A stretch of 64,000 nucleotides of DNA from a virus, in the IMG/VR virus record IMGVR_UViG_3300028394_002659; one strand, 5' to 3'. The position numbers were made by a program, and so were the translations under genes. The notes under the pieces are model-generated. The model was not told where the DNA came from and made no database searches. It saw only the letters and a program-made list of their open reading frames with translations. Positions 1-9,385 of the stretch are shown here, piece by piece; the stretch's first letter is position 1; each line of letters begins with the position of its first letter.

Positions 1-1803
1 GCCAGTCAAGAAAATTATATTCGATTGGCCAACGACAACACAGCAGAACAAGAACTAGTAATTGAAGCCAATGCTGATGGATATGCAGCCGGTGGCGGCA
101 ATCCTGACAGCGGACAAGGTCCAGGCCAGGTGGCAGCTCTAGTGGATCCTGGCCTACAGCCTGATTTTGTCACGGACGCTGAACAAATTGCCACACGAGA
201 CAGAATTGCAGTAGGCCAGGCACAAGATTTTAACACCAACGAGGATCCATTTGAAACCTCAAGATTAGAAGCAGAACAAAATTTAGCCAACCAACAACCT
301 GCTGATACTAATTTAGATGTTGATCCACTGACCGACAATGAACTTGCAGTACAAGAAGCGTTTCAGCAAGATCAAAGAGATCAGTTGGCATCAGAAAATT
401 TTGTTGAATTTCCTCCACCAGTCGATGTAAACAATAGTGGTGAAGGATTTGGCAATGTATTTCCCGATGGCTTTGGTGGATTTGTCAACGGAGATGGTCA
501 ACCCGTTGATGCCAATGGATCATTGATACCCACTGGTGATAATGTTACTGAATCAGCCGCACTAGTCGATGTAAACAATAGTGGTGAAGGATTTGGCAAT
601 GTATTTCCCGATGGCTTTGGTGGATTTGTCAACGGAGATGGTCAGCCTGTTGATGCCAATGGATCATTAATACCCACCGGTGATAATCTAACCCAATCGG
701 CTGCACTGGTTGATCCAGGCACCGGCGGAGAAGGGTTTGATGTAAAGCCAGATCCAGAAGGTTCGGGCGGCTTTGTTGACAGTAGTGGCAATCCAGTTGA
801 TCAATTTGGCATGCCTATTGAGGCGGTACAACCCACAAGTTATCCACCAGACGCAGTTGATCCGTTGTCAACTGGTTATACCAGTGATGCTGAACAAATT
901 GCGTCGCAAAATCTTTTTCAAGGTGCCAACGATGCTGTGTCTGAAGAAGCGGCACAATCTGCCGCAATAGTGCGACGAGCCAAACAACAGTCCACAATTC
1001 AAGCACGTTACAAACAACCAGGCAACACCGACTGGCGTGTGAGACTTAGTCTTGGCCCAAAAGCACAGTACTTGTACAATGCCAATGATCCAGGTATACT
1101 AGCACCTCTCAAGGCCGGCTCGGGTACAGATGGCGTGATATTTCCTTACACACCAAACATTACCACAACTTATTCAGCCAACTATGAACAGTATGATCTA
1201 GTGCATTCAAACTATCGTGGACTGTTCTACAAGAACTCAAGAGTGGGAGACATACAAATTCGTGGCACGTTCACAGCACAGAACACTACAGAAGCCAACT
1301 ACTTGCTGGCAGTGATACATTTCTTTAGATCAGCAACCAAAATGTTCTACGGCCAAGACCCTGAACGTGGTACACCTCCTCCTATATGTTTGTTAAATGG
1401 ATTTGGAGGCTATCAATTCTCTGATCATCCGGTGGTGATCAGTTCGTTTAATTACACCTTGCCCAACGACGTGGACTACATAAGAACAACCAATCCCAAC
1501 AACTTTGGTCTGAATTTGAACAATCGCTACAACCCATCTGGGGCCAGTTTACCAGCCGGTGGATCACTATCTGGGTTGACTAGATTGGCCAATGCCTTGT
1601 TGACAAAAGGTGCACAGGCGCCACCCCCGTCCCCTAACTCAGTAGCAGGCAGTGTTCAAAATCTTGTGCCATCCAGTTATGTACCAACCAAAATGGAAAT
1701 TGATATCACACTAATACCTGCACAAACTCGTGCTCAAATCAGCAAACAGTTCAGCCTAGCAGGCTTTGCCAACGGTGACCTACTCAAAGGAGGGTTCTGG
1801 TAA
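1..1803 (+). CDS. Baseplate/tail-tube initiator (T4 gp48/gp54-like C-terminal domain) with acidic repetitive N-terminal extension; 5'-truncated by the window
   Basis: Frame 1 is open from base 1 (ASQENYIRL...). The C-terminal DWRVRL..GVIFPYTP..YSANY..HSNY..FTAQ..HFFRSATKMFYG..PPP..PVVISSFNYTLPNDVDY pattern is typical of myovirus tube-initiator proteins. It lies directly upstream of a LysM/gp53 gene. Confidence 0.65.
   Translation, partial: ASQENYIRLANDNTAEQELVIEANADGYAAGGGNPDSGQGPGQVAALVDPGLQPDFVTDAEQIATRDRIAVGQAQDFNTNEDPFETSRLEAEQNLANQQPADTNLDVDPLTDNELAVQEAFQQDQRDQLASENFVEFPPPVDVNNSGEGFGNVFPDGFGGFVNGDGQPVDANGSLIPTGDNVTESAALVDVNNSGEGFGNVFPDGFGGFVNGDGQPVDANGSLIPTGDNLTQSAALVDPGTGGEGFDVKPDPEGSGGFVDSSGNPVDQFGMPIEAVQPTSYPPDAVDPLSTGYTSDAEQIASQNLFQGANDAVSEEAAQSAAIVRRAKQQSTIQARYKQPGNTDWRVRLSLGPKAQYLYNANDPGILAPLKAGSGTDGVIFPYTPNITTTYSANYEQYDLVHSNYRGLFYKNSRVGDIQIRGTFTAQNTTEANYLLAVIHFFRSATKMFYGQDPERGTPPPICLLNGFGGYQFSDHPVVISSFNYTLPNDVDYIRTTNPNNFGLNLNNRYNPSGASLPAGGSLSGLTRLANALLTKGAQAPPPSPNSVAGSVQNLVPSSYVPTKMEIDITLIPAQTRAQISKQFSLAGFANGDLLKGGFW
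421..708 (+). repeat. Tandem 144-bp (48-aa) coding repeat, two near-identical copies plus a degenerate third to ~810
   Basis: gtcgatgtaaacaatagtggtgaaggatttggcaatgtatttcccgatggctttggtggatttgtcaacggagatggtca starts at both 421 and 565. Confidence 0.95.
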
Positions 1804-2102
1804 TGGCACAATACGACGCAACCAGTCCTTACTATCAAACTGGCTACAGTCAGTTCTTTCTTGAAACCATGGTCAATAGACCCATACCCAAGGAAAATGA
1901 CGACCTGACATTTACTATCAACACCACCTATCAGTATAGACCAGACCTGCTGGCATTTGACTTGTATGGCAACGCTGGTCTATGGTGGGTGTTCTATCAA
2001 CGCAACCCCAACACCTTGCAAGCACCACCCATGGACTTTGCTGTTGGTACATTGATCTACTTGCCAAAAATTACCACGCTGAAAACAGCCTTGGGATTCT
2101 AA
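1803..2102 (+). CDS. Baseplate wedge subunit, T4 gp53-like / LysM-type
   Basis: YQYRPDLLAFDLYGNAGLWWVF..NP..D F..G..IYLP motif; 99 aa; position in baseplate operon. Confidence 0.8.
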   Translation: MAQYDATSPYYQTGYSQFFLETMVNRPIPKENDDLTFTINTTYQYRPDLLAFDLYGNAGLWWVFYQRNPNTLQAPPMDFAVGTLIYLPKITTLKTALGF

Positions 2103-2105
2103 CCT

Positions 2106-5100
2106 ATGGCTACCGTGGCAGAACTACAGGCTAGATTATCTAACTTAGAACGTTTGATAGACGCTAACCTTGACAAGGTGGCGGCACTAGCACGAGAACA
2201 AGACAGCATACAAGAACAACGACGAAGGTTGTTTGCTGGCGGAGATAGAGAAGGTGCGGCAGTTTTACGAGCCCAGGAAGATGCAATTAATACCCAAATT
2301 GCATCTTTGCAAACTCAATATCAAGACGAAGCGGCCGTACTACGCCGGCAAATTGAAGGAGCTGAAGCGCAACAAGCAAACGCATCTCCAACGCAACCGC
2401 CACCGCCTGCTACTGCCAGTCAATCTGCCAGCGAAGATGGTCCTCAAGGTCCTACTAAACCAGCGGCTGCCCAAGTCAAAGCAGGCGGTCGCATAGTTGC
2501 TCCACCCGCTACCACCACTCCAACCAATGCTGATGTTCCAGTCACATCTGACACTGGTGGTACCACCGGCACTGATGCACCAACAAGAACCACGGAACAA
2601 ACACAGGCCACAGGTCCATACACACAAGGCATCAACGTCAGAGCCGAAGATGGCACACTATCTAATCTTAGAAAAAATCCTGAAACAGGTGAGTTGTATG
2701 ATCCCGGTGGCATACCTGGTGGCGTTGATTTGACCACAGAACCAGGCACACCCACTAGAGATGATGCCGCAAACAACAGTACTAATACCAAGCAAACCAA
2801 TCTAAATGCGGCCCAGGCCGATCCCATACAGGTTACGCCACAGCCTAATATTCTAGATCGCTACAACAATTATGCTTGGTCAGCATCGGTATATTTGATG
2901 AACAAGGCTCAGTATTCAAAATTGATGAACAGCAAAGATAAAAAAATTGATGGATACAACTTGCTGTTTCAATCGGGCGGTGCAGGAGTCAGTGACGGTG
3001 TCATTAGACCTCCATTCCCCACAGGCAGCAGTGGCGGCGATGCTGATGCACAAGAAGGCGGGTTTTATGGAACTGCCGCACCTGCATACCCATCAGCCAA
3101 TCGTAGTCCATTCTTCACAAACGATTTTTTTATTGACTCAGTTACATTAGAAACTCAGTGCATGGGCAAAGGCACAGGTGCCGCACATCTTGCCAGTACT
3201 CTCAAATTCACAGTTGTGGAACCTCAAGGCATCACACTGTTGGATCGCTTGTACGAAGCGGTGGCCAACTTTGAACCTAAAGAAAGCACTGGCAAGATAA
3301 ACTACACTGCCGCAACATATCTCATGGTCCTGCGTTTTTACGGCTACGACGAAAGTGGCAATATTGTATACCCTATCAAAGGCGGCCTAGATTCTCCTGT
3401 GAACACTAGCGACCCTGCGGCTGTGGTAGAAAAATTTATACCTTTCATAATTGCCAAGGTCAACTGGACCATTGGCACAAAAACAGTCGCATATGAATTT
3501 GAAGCCGCTCCTATTGGGCAAAACATTGGCGGCGGCTCCAGTCGCGGAACCATACCATATGATGTGCAACTGGTGGATAGCACTGTGGGAGGATTGCTGG
3601 GAGGAAATGCCAAGTACTCAACAGGCACAGCACCCAATGCTGATCCAGGCAAATCTACCAGTTTTAATATTCCCTTTGATACCGGGTCAGGAAGCGGTTG
3701 GGATAATCAAGCACAAACAGACCAAGATCGATTGAGAGCGGCTCAGGCCGCACCCGGCAGCGGTTCCTCATACAAACCTCCGCCTACTGCTACTGCGGCA
3801 CCCAGTCCCAAGAAAACAATCACCGAGGGCTTGATGGCTGCCATGAATGACTTTCAAAAAGAACAAGTTGAATCTGGAAACTATTTGATAGCCGATGAAT
3901 ACTCAATTGAATTTGTTGGCATACCAGGCCTGGCCAGCGCCGCTGACATCAGTGCCGCCAAAATACAACTTCCCAATGTCAAAAAAGATCATAGACGAAC
4001 ACCAAATGCAAAGCCACCAACTACAGATACAAAAGCATTAAATCAAAACACCATTTCAGTTGATTATGAAAATCGTAATTTCAGTATCACAGCCGGTCAA
4101 CAAATCTTGCAAGTGATTGAACTGGTTATTAGAAATTCAAGTTATATTGGCAAACAAAAACTAGTGGTAGTAGACGCTGACGGTGAACAAACACTCAATC
4201 AACAAACAACTAGAAATGTCACCTGGTTTACCATCAGCATGAGTTGTGAACGCAAGGACTTTGACAGCAATCGAAATGACTATGCTTACAAAATTAAATA
4301 TACTGTGAGCCCGTTTCTAGTAAAAAATCTCAACAGTCAATACTTTCCCGCTACCAAATTTTCCGGCATACACAAAAGTTATCCTTTCTGGTTCACTGGA
4401 CAAAATACCGCGGTCAAAGATTATCAAGAAACACTCAACACAATGTTTACAGCCACGTTGAGTGGCAACGGCCCTGGCACAAGCATGAGAAATCAACAGG
4501 GCAAAAGATTTACCAGTAGTATGGCAGACCTAGTGAAGTATGTTTATAGTCCAAGAAGCGGAGAAAGTAGTTTTGGTGCCGAAGGCAAAGAACTTGAACC
4601 CAATGCCAATGCCGCTGATCTATTGTACAGTCCCAGTGACCTTGCTGCCGCCAAGGTACGAATTATTGGAGATCCTGCTTGGATCATGCAAGGCAGTCAA
4701 TTCAGACCGGTCACTGCCAGCACAGTATACCCTGCGGCCAGAACAGGATTTGAAGCAGACGGATCCATAAGTTTTGACAGTCAAGACATCATGTTTGAAA
4801 TGTTATGGCAACGTCCAGAAGATTATGATCTCAGTACTGGCCTGGCAGATCCTTATGCAAAACGAACTGGCCCTGACAAAAAGCCTCTGCAGAGTCGTGT
4901 GTACATTGCCACCAAGGTTACAAGTGAATTCAAGGGCGGCAGTTTTGAACAAGCACTGGAAGGAACGTTGTATATGTTTCCAATACCGTCTGGCAAGAAC
5001 TCTGCCAATCCTGCGGCAGCGGCATCCACAGCCAATGCCAGCCCAGATACCAAGCGTGCCGGCACCGGTGGTCGTAACAATGCAAATACCAACTTTGGTG

Positions 5101-5543
5101 CTTTTGATTCAGGAACCGGGGGAAATAGTTGGGACAAACAAGCGTCATTACGCACCGGCAACTTTGGCGCTTTTGATTCGGGAACCGGGGGAAATAGTTG
5201 GGATAAACAGGCGGCAGTCGCAAGTACGCAAGGTAAACTGCCCCCGTTTGATTCAAACGGAGCAAGTGGTTGGGATAATAATAATGGTTCTCAACAAAGT
5301 GTTAACAACGGCAGTCGGGTATTGCCAGCAGGGGCACCAAGACCGCCCACAGACGGTACCGGCGGAACTATTGCGTCAACTGAGACAACCAATAGTGGAC
5401 CACCTAAACTAACTGGTGTAATAGCAAGGGCTAATGCGGCCGCTGCCGCCCGTGGCAATCAAGGACGCGGTAGTCAATCACCAGTCGGACCGACTAGCAC
5501 CACTAATCCCGCTATAAATCCAATAAACAAAACTGATGATTAA
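2106..5543 (+). CDS. Putative baseplate hub protein (gp27/gp44-like core) with coiled-coil N-terminus and low-complexity insertions
   Basis: Lies between gp53-like and gp5-like genes; NILD.Y..Y, FFIDSV..., F.V.EP.G..LLD.L and IIGDPAWI segments typical of large-myovirus hub proteins. Confidence 0.55.
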   Translation: MATVAELQARLSNLERLIDANLDKVAALAREQDSIQEQRRRLFAGGDREGAAVLRAQEDAINTQIASLQTQYQDEAAVLRRQIEGAEAQQANASPTQPPPPATASQSASEDGPQGPTKPAAAQVKAGGRIVAPPATTTPTNADVPVTSDTGGTTGTDAPTRTTEQTQATGPYTQGINVRAEDGTLSNLRKNPETGELYDPGGIPGGVDLTTEPGTPTRDDAANNSTNTKQTNLNAAQADPIQVTPQPNILDRYNNYAWSASVYLMNKAQYSKLMNSKDKKIDGYNLLFQSGGAGVSDGVIRPPFPTGSSGGDADAQEGGFYGTAAPAYPSANRSPFFTNDFFIDSVTLETQCMGKGTGAAHLASTLKFTVVEPQGITLLDRLYEAVANFEPKESTGKINYTAATYLMVLRFYGYDESGNIVYPIKGGLDSPVNTSDPAAVVEKFIPFIIAKVNWTIGTKTVAYEFEAAPIGQNIGGGSSRGTIPYDVQLVDSTVGGLLGGNAKYSTGTAPNADPGKSTSFNIPFDTGSGSGWDNQAQTDQDRLRAAQAAPGSGSSYKPPPTATAAPSPKKTITEGLMAAMNDFQKEQVESGNYLIADEYSIEFVGIPGLASAADISAAKIQLPNVKKDHRRTPNAKPPTTDTKALNQNTISVDYENRNFSITAGQQILQVIELVIRNSSYIGKQKLVVVDADGEQTLNQQTTRNVTWFTISMSCERKDFDSNRNDYAYKIKYTVSPFLVKNLNSQYFPATKFSGIHKSYPFWFTGQNTAVKDYQETLNTMFTATLSGNGPGTSMRNQQGKRFTSSMADLVKYVYSPRSGESSFGAEGKELEPNANAADLLYSPSDLAAAKVRIIGDPAWIMQGSQFRPVTASTVYPAARTGFEADGSISFDSQDIMFEMLWQRPEDYDLSTGLADPYAKRTGPDKKPLQSRVYIATKVTSEFKGGSFEQALEGTLYMFPIPSGKNSANPAAAASTANASPDTKRAGTGGRNNANTNFGAFDSGTGGNSWDKQASLRTGNFGAFDSGTGGNSWDKQAAVASTQGKLPPFDSNGASGWDNNNGSQQSVNNGSRVLPAGAPRPPTDGTGGTIASTETTNSGPPKLTGVIARANAAAAARGNQGRGSQSPVGPTSTTNPAINPINKTDD
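5091..5213 (+). repeat. 69-bp-period coding repeat (NFGAFDSGTGGNSWDKQA x2)
   Basis: aactttggYgcttttgattcRggaaccgggggaaatagttgggaYaaaca at 5091 and 5160. Confidence 0.9.
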
Positions 5544-5552
5544 AGGACACAC

Positions 5553-7076
5553 ATGGTAGATAATGTACAGCGTAGCAAAGGCCGTCCTGGTAACTATAAA
5601 CTAGACCGCGGAGGTGTACCTTCGGAGTTTGGTCCATTTACTGGTGTGGTCATGAGCGCCGTAGACCCGACTCGTAGCGGCCGACTACAGGTGTACATTG
5701 AAGCATTTGCAGACGGCGGGGAAGACGGCATGAAAAACGATGCCAAGTGGACCACAGTGAGTTATATGCCGCCTTTTTATGGCAACACGCCAACAACTGC
5801 CACCAATGGTCAAACCCAGGACAATGGTGGTTACCCTGGCACCCCCAACAGTTATGGCATGTGGTTTACTCCGCCAGATGTGGGAGTCACTGTAATTTGC
5901 ATTTTTGTAAATGGTGACCGCAGCCAAGGTTATTACATTGGCGTTGCTCCTGAACAAGGCACAGGGCGCATGGTTCCGGCCATTGGCTCAGTGGCTAAAT
6001 CACAAGCAGAAGTACAGAATCAAAATCAAGAATCATATTTTGCCAATGCTTCACGTTTGCCTGTGGCAGAAATCAACATCAACAACGATGAACTGTTTAA
6101 CAATCCAAGATTTTTTGACGGCATAAAACCTGTGCAAAGTGTTGTGGCTCAAGCATTGCTTCAACAAGGTCTTATAACCGACAACGAACGCGGCACAATC
6201 AACTCCAGCAGTCAACGAGAGACCCCCAGTGCTGTGTTTGGAATCAGTACCCCTGGCACAGCCATTTATCAGGGCGGCATGAAACCCAACGATATCAATG
6301 CCAAACTCAATGCCGGCGAAATCAAACCAGGTGATGCCAAAGTCATTGGACGTGTGGGCGGCCATAGCTTTGTGATGGATGATGGTGATACCGAAGGCAA
6401 CAATGCCCTGCTGAGATTACGCACCTCAAAAGGCCATCAAATCACCATGAGTGATACTGGAAACTTTTTCTATATTGTTCATGCCAATGGACAAACTTGG
6501 ATTGAATTTGGAGTAGAAGGCACAGTGGATGTGTATGCCACAAACTCAGTAAACATTCGTACCAAGGGTGATATAAACCTGCATGCTGATCGTGACATCA
6601 ACATGTTTGCTGGTCGTTATTTAAAAATGAAAAGCATGGAAGATATGCAGTTAGAAACAAATACATTCTTGAGTGTGCAGGCACAAGATGATATTACTTT
6701 GTATAGCAAAGGCACCATTGGAGTCAAAGCAGATGGCACACTTACATTAAACAGCACATCAGGGTCTTGGGGTGCAGGATCTGCGCTGGCTTTACAAGCA
6801 GGTGGTATTGATCTCAACGGTCCTGCCGCCGGCACGGTCTCTAATCCACAACCATTGACCACAACCTTGTTGGATGATACTGAATGGGATACCAGCAAGG
6901 GTTGGATAGTCAAACCTGAAGGACTTGAGAGCACCGTGAGCCGTGCGCCTACGCACGAACCTTATCCTTATCATAACAAAGGTGTGGATGTTGAAATTGC
7001 ATTTGAAGAGGGTAAACCCTCACCGCCACCAGGCGCAGTACCAGTACCTCCTGGTATAGAAATACAGGCGCAATAA
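5553..7076 (+). CDS. Baseplate central spike, gp5/VgrG-like (OB-fold plus beta-helix), no lysozyme domain
   Basis: DPTRSGRLQVYI, SYGMWFTPPDVG.V.C.F.NGD...GYYIG OB-fold; GGHSFVMDDG..LRTSKGHQI.M.D beta-repeats; C-terminal PTHEPYPYH His motif. Confidence 0.8.
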   Translation: MVDNVQRSKGRPGNYKLDRGGVPSEFGPFTGVVMSAVDPTRSGRLQVYIEAFADGGEDGMKNDAKWTTVSYMPPFYGNTPTTATNGQTQDNGGYPGTPNSYGMWFTPPDVGVTVICIFVNGDRSQGYYIGVAPEQGTGRMVPAIGSVAKSQAEVQNQNQESYFANASRLPVAEININNDELFNNPRFFDGIKPVQSVVAQALLQQGLITDNERGTINSSSQRETPSAVFGISTPGTAIYQGGMKPNDINAKLNAGEIKPGDAKVIGRVGGHSFVMDDGDTEGNNALLRLRTSKGHQITMSDTGNFFYIVHANGQTWIEFGVEGTVDVYATNSVNIRTKGDINLHADRDINMFAGRYLKMKSMEDMQLETNTFLSVQAQDDITLYSKGTIGVKADGTLTLNSTSGSWGAGSALALQAGGIDLNGPAAGTVSNPQPLTTTLLDDTEWDTSKGWIVKPEGLESTVSRAPTHEPYPYHNKGVDVEIAFEEGKPSPPPGAVPVPPGIEIQAQ

Positions 7077-7077
7077 C

Positions 7078-8943
7078 ATGGCTGAATTTACATTTGATCT
7101 CAATCAACTCAATAGTTCTGCAACCGCTCTTGGTGCAGGTATCAATACCAACCTTTTTTCTCGCACTGCCGATTCAGACTTGACATATACAGGTAACGAT
7201 TATATAATTTGGGATAGAACCAATGCTGAACGTCTGCGTCGAGGGTTACCCAGCCTCACAAGCCTTGGATACCCAAGACCACCTGAAGACACTTCTGGAA
7301 CACAGGCACCGGCATCCTCAAATCTAACTCAAACAACTGCTCAAGGTACATCGTCCACGTTCTCGCTCAAAGGACCCCCGGGGCTCACTCGAGAACAGGC
7401 ATTTGCAATCTTCAAAAAACAAGCAGACACCGGAAGTCTAACAGGATTCAAACCAGGCGAAAGTTTATCTGCGGCTTCACAAGCAGCCGACGGCCTTGCA
7501 AGTGCCCAATCCGCCCTGCAACAAGCACAAGGCAGCCTGGCTGGTGCACTTGGCAGTGTGGGAAGCACTGTACCATTAGGATCTATTAGTACCTCTCTTG
7601 GTGGTGCAGGCGGAGCACTCGGAGGATCACTAGCAGGCATTGCCGCAGGATTAACTGCCGCAGTAGGTCCCGCGGTCTCGGCCATATCCGGTGCATTATC
7701 AAAGATACCCGGTGCCGCAGGAGCAGGCAACCCTTTGGTAAGTGCGGCAGTGATACAAGGATCCACAGCGGTTTCCTCTATTCAAACTATAAACAAAACC
7801 ATAACTGGCTTTCCTGTAACTAACCCTATCAACACTGCTGACTTCACAAAAGTGGCCAGCAGTATCACTGGTGCCGGTGCTGTGAGTGGCATTGGTCCCA
7901 TGAGCATACCAGAAGTAAATGGTGTGTTGGCACAGGCAAAGAATCTAGTGGGACAGGCCGCTGATGCTGTCAGCAACAGTAAGGGACTTGGATCATTTGG
8001 ATTTGACCTAAAACAGCTAGAGACCGCAGGCTATGTCAAACCTGGCGTGGCAGCCTTGGCAGCCAAGGGTGCTAGTTTATTTGCCAATGTGGTCAAGAGT
8101 CCGGCAGCCTGGACCGGGAAAGATGGCATCAAAGGTGTGGGTGATTTGTTAGGCAATGCCGGCAAACAAAGTCAAATACAGCAAGACCTTATGACCAAAG
8201 GTGTGGCAGGACTGGGTGCAGTAGGGGTGCCTGTGCAAAACTTATCCAGTCAGGGCATTGCCGGCATGGCACTGAATGCCGCCAAAAGTCTACCCAACGC
8301 AGAAGCATTTGCAAAAGGTTTACCTATTCCAGGCGATGCCACAGGCTCAATACAAGCAGCCTTTTCAAGTTCTGTGCGCGACAGTGCGTTCGCAGTAAAC
8401 TTGGTTAACACCAAGATACCCACAGCATTCAAACAACAAGATATTCCTGTGCCCAAGATAGACACAGTGAATCGAGCCACACTGGATGCTGCCAGCACCA
8501 GAGTAGTAGGTGATCCAAAAATCCCTGTGCCTAGTTACACAGCCAAGGCCAGTACAGGCACAGCACAAGAATACATAGATCGAGCCACAGCATATTTCAA
8601 CAATTACCTCAATCCCACTGGACAAAAGTTGGCCGCGCTGGATTCAAAATTTGCAGCCTTGGAGAATCAACAGACCATCACACAGGCGCAGTATGATGCG
8701 CTCAACTCTGAACGTGATGCCATCCGAAACTACTACAACATCAATGGTCTTCCTTTAGTTACAGCAATAGTTGACTCGTTCGCTACTCTGCCCGCCAGTG
8801 AACAGGCCACAATAAAAAGTACAGAATTCTCAGTTGATGCCATTGCCGCAAAAGTTCAAGCCACATTGGCATTATCAACTCAACAAAAACAAAGATTGTA
8901 TGCATTGAGTCTCAAGATTGAAGGGCGCGGCGCCAACGAATAA
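7078..8943 (+). CDS. Ala/Gly-rich baseplate-associated protein with a degenerate lysozyme-like domain
   Basis: GLGSFGF..QLETAGYVKPG...WTGKDGIKGV.DLL.N..KQ..IQQ resembles phage lysozyme-like folds; located between spike and gp25. Confidence 0.45.
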   Translation: MAEFTFDLNQLNSSATALGAGINTNLFSRTADSDLTYTGNDYIIWDRTNAERLRRGLPSLTSLGYPRPPEDTSGTQAPASSNLTQTTAQGTSSTFSLKGPPGLTREQAFAIFKKQADTGSLTGFKPGESLSAASQAADGLASAQSALQQAQGSLAGALGSVGSTVPLGSISTSLGGAGGALGGSLAGIAAGLTAAVGPAVSAISGALSKIPGAAGAGNPLVSAAVIQGSTAVSSIQTINKTITGFPVTNPINTADFTKVASSITGAGAVSGIGPMSIPEVNGVLAQAKNLVGQAADAVSNSKGLGSFGFDLKQLETAGYVKPGVAALAAKGASLFANVVKSPAAWTGKDGIKGVGDLLGNAGKQSQIQQDLMTKGVAGLGAVGVPVQNLSSQGIAGMALNAAKSLPNAEAFAKGLPIPGDATGSIQAAFSSSVRDSAFAVNLVNTKIPTAFKQQDIPVPKIDTVNRATLDAASTRVVGDPKIPVPSYTAKASTGTAQEYIDRATAYFNNYLNPTGQKLAALDSKFAALENQQTITQAQYDALNSERDAIRNYYNINGLPLVTAIVDSFATLPASEQATIKSTEFSVDAIAAKVQATLALSTQQKQRLYALSLKIEGRGANE

Positions 8944-8948
8944 GCACC

Positions 8949-8956
8949 CATAAATA
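8949..8956 (+). promoter_or_regulatory. T4-type late promoter-like (CATAAATA)
   Basis: cATAAATA 4 nt before the gp25 ATG. Confidence 0.55.
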
Positions 8957-8960
8957 CCAC

Positions 8961-9338
8961 ATGGCACAAACATTCATTGGATTCAACACACAAAAACAAT
9001 ACAAAAAGTTCACTCTCACGGACTTTGAGTTGATCAAACGCGACCTGCTAAACGCATTTAATATACGTCAAGGGCAACTGCCCGGTCGCCCCGCGTACGG
9101 AACTACCTTGTGGGACTTCTTGTTTGAGAATCAATTGGAAGACTTGCAAACCAACATAGTGACAGAGATTCAACGAGTGGCCGGCGGCGATCCAAGAATC
9201 TACATCAGTGACACACAGGTATATCCACAAGAGAATGGCATACTACTTGAAATTCAACTGGCAGTGGTGCCTAGCACAGAAGCACAAAGGCTGAGTATTT
9301 TCTTTAATTTAGAACAACGTTCAGCATCATACGTATAA
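8961..9338 (+). CDS. Baseplate wedge subunit, gp25-like
   Basis: LTDFELIKRDLLNAFNIRQGQLPGRPAYGTTLWDFLFE...DPRI, the GPW/gp25 signature. Confidence 0.9.
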   Translation: MAQTFIGFNTQKQYKKFTLTDFELIKRDLLNAFNIRQGQLPGRPAYGTTLWDFLFENQLEDLQTNIVTEIQRVAGGDPRIYISDTQVYPQENGILLEIQLAVVPSTEAQRLSIFFNLEQRSASYV

Positions 9339-9358
9339 ACTGAGCGGTTTTTAACTTC

Positions 9359-9366
9359 CATAAATA
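9359..9366 (+). promoter_or_regulatory. T4-type late promoter-like (CATAAATA)
   Basis: Intergenic, upstream of the gp6-like gene. Confidence 0.55.
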
Positions 9367-9385
9367 AAAGAAGAGGCTCAGTACA

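Noticed and set aside
421-810. CRISPR array or DGR repeat
   Set aside because: The repeats are in-frame coding duplications without spacers, differences are not adenine-specific, and no reverse transcriptase or cas gene is in the window.
4774-5412. 212-aa alternate-frame ORF, and similar shadow ORFs (2444-2827, 30921-31460, 37891-38409, 47022-47582, 49747-50139)
   Set aside because: They overlap well-supported genes and have no motifs or RBS; they are expected by-products of codon bias.
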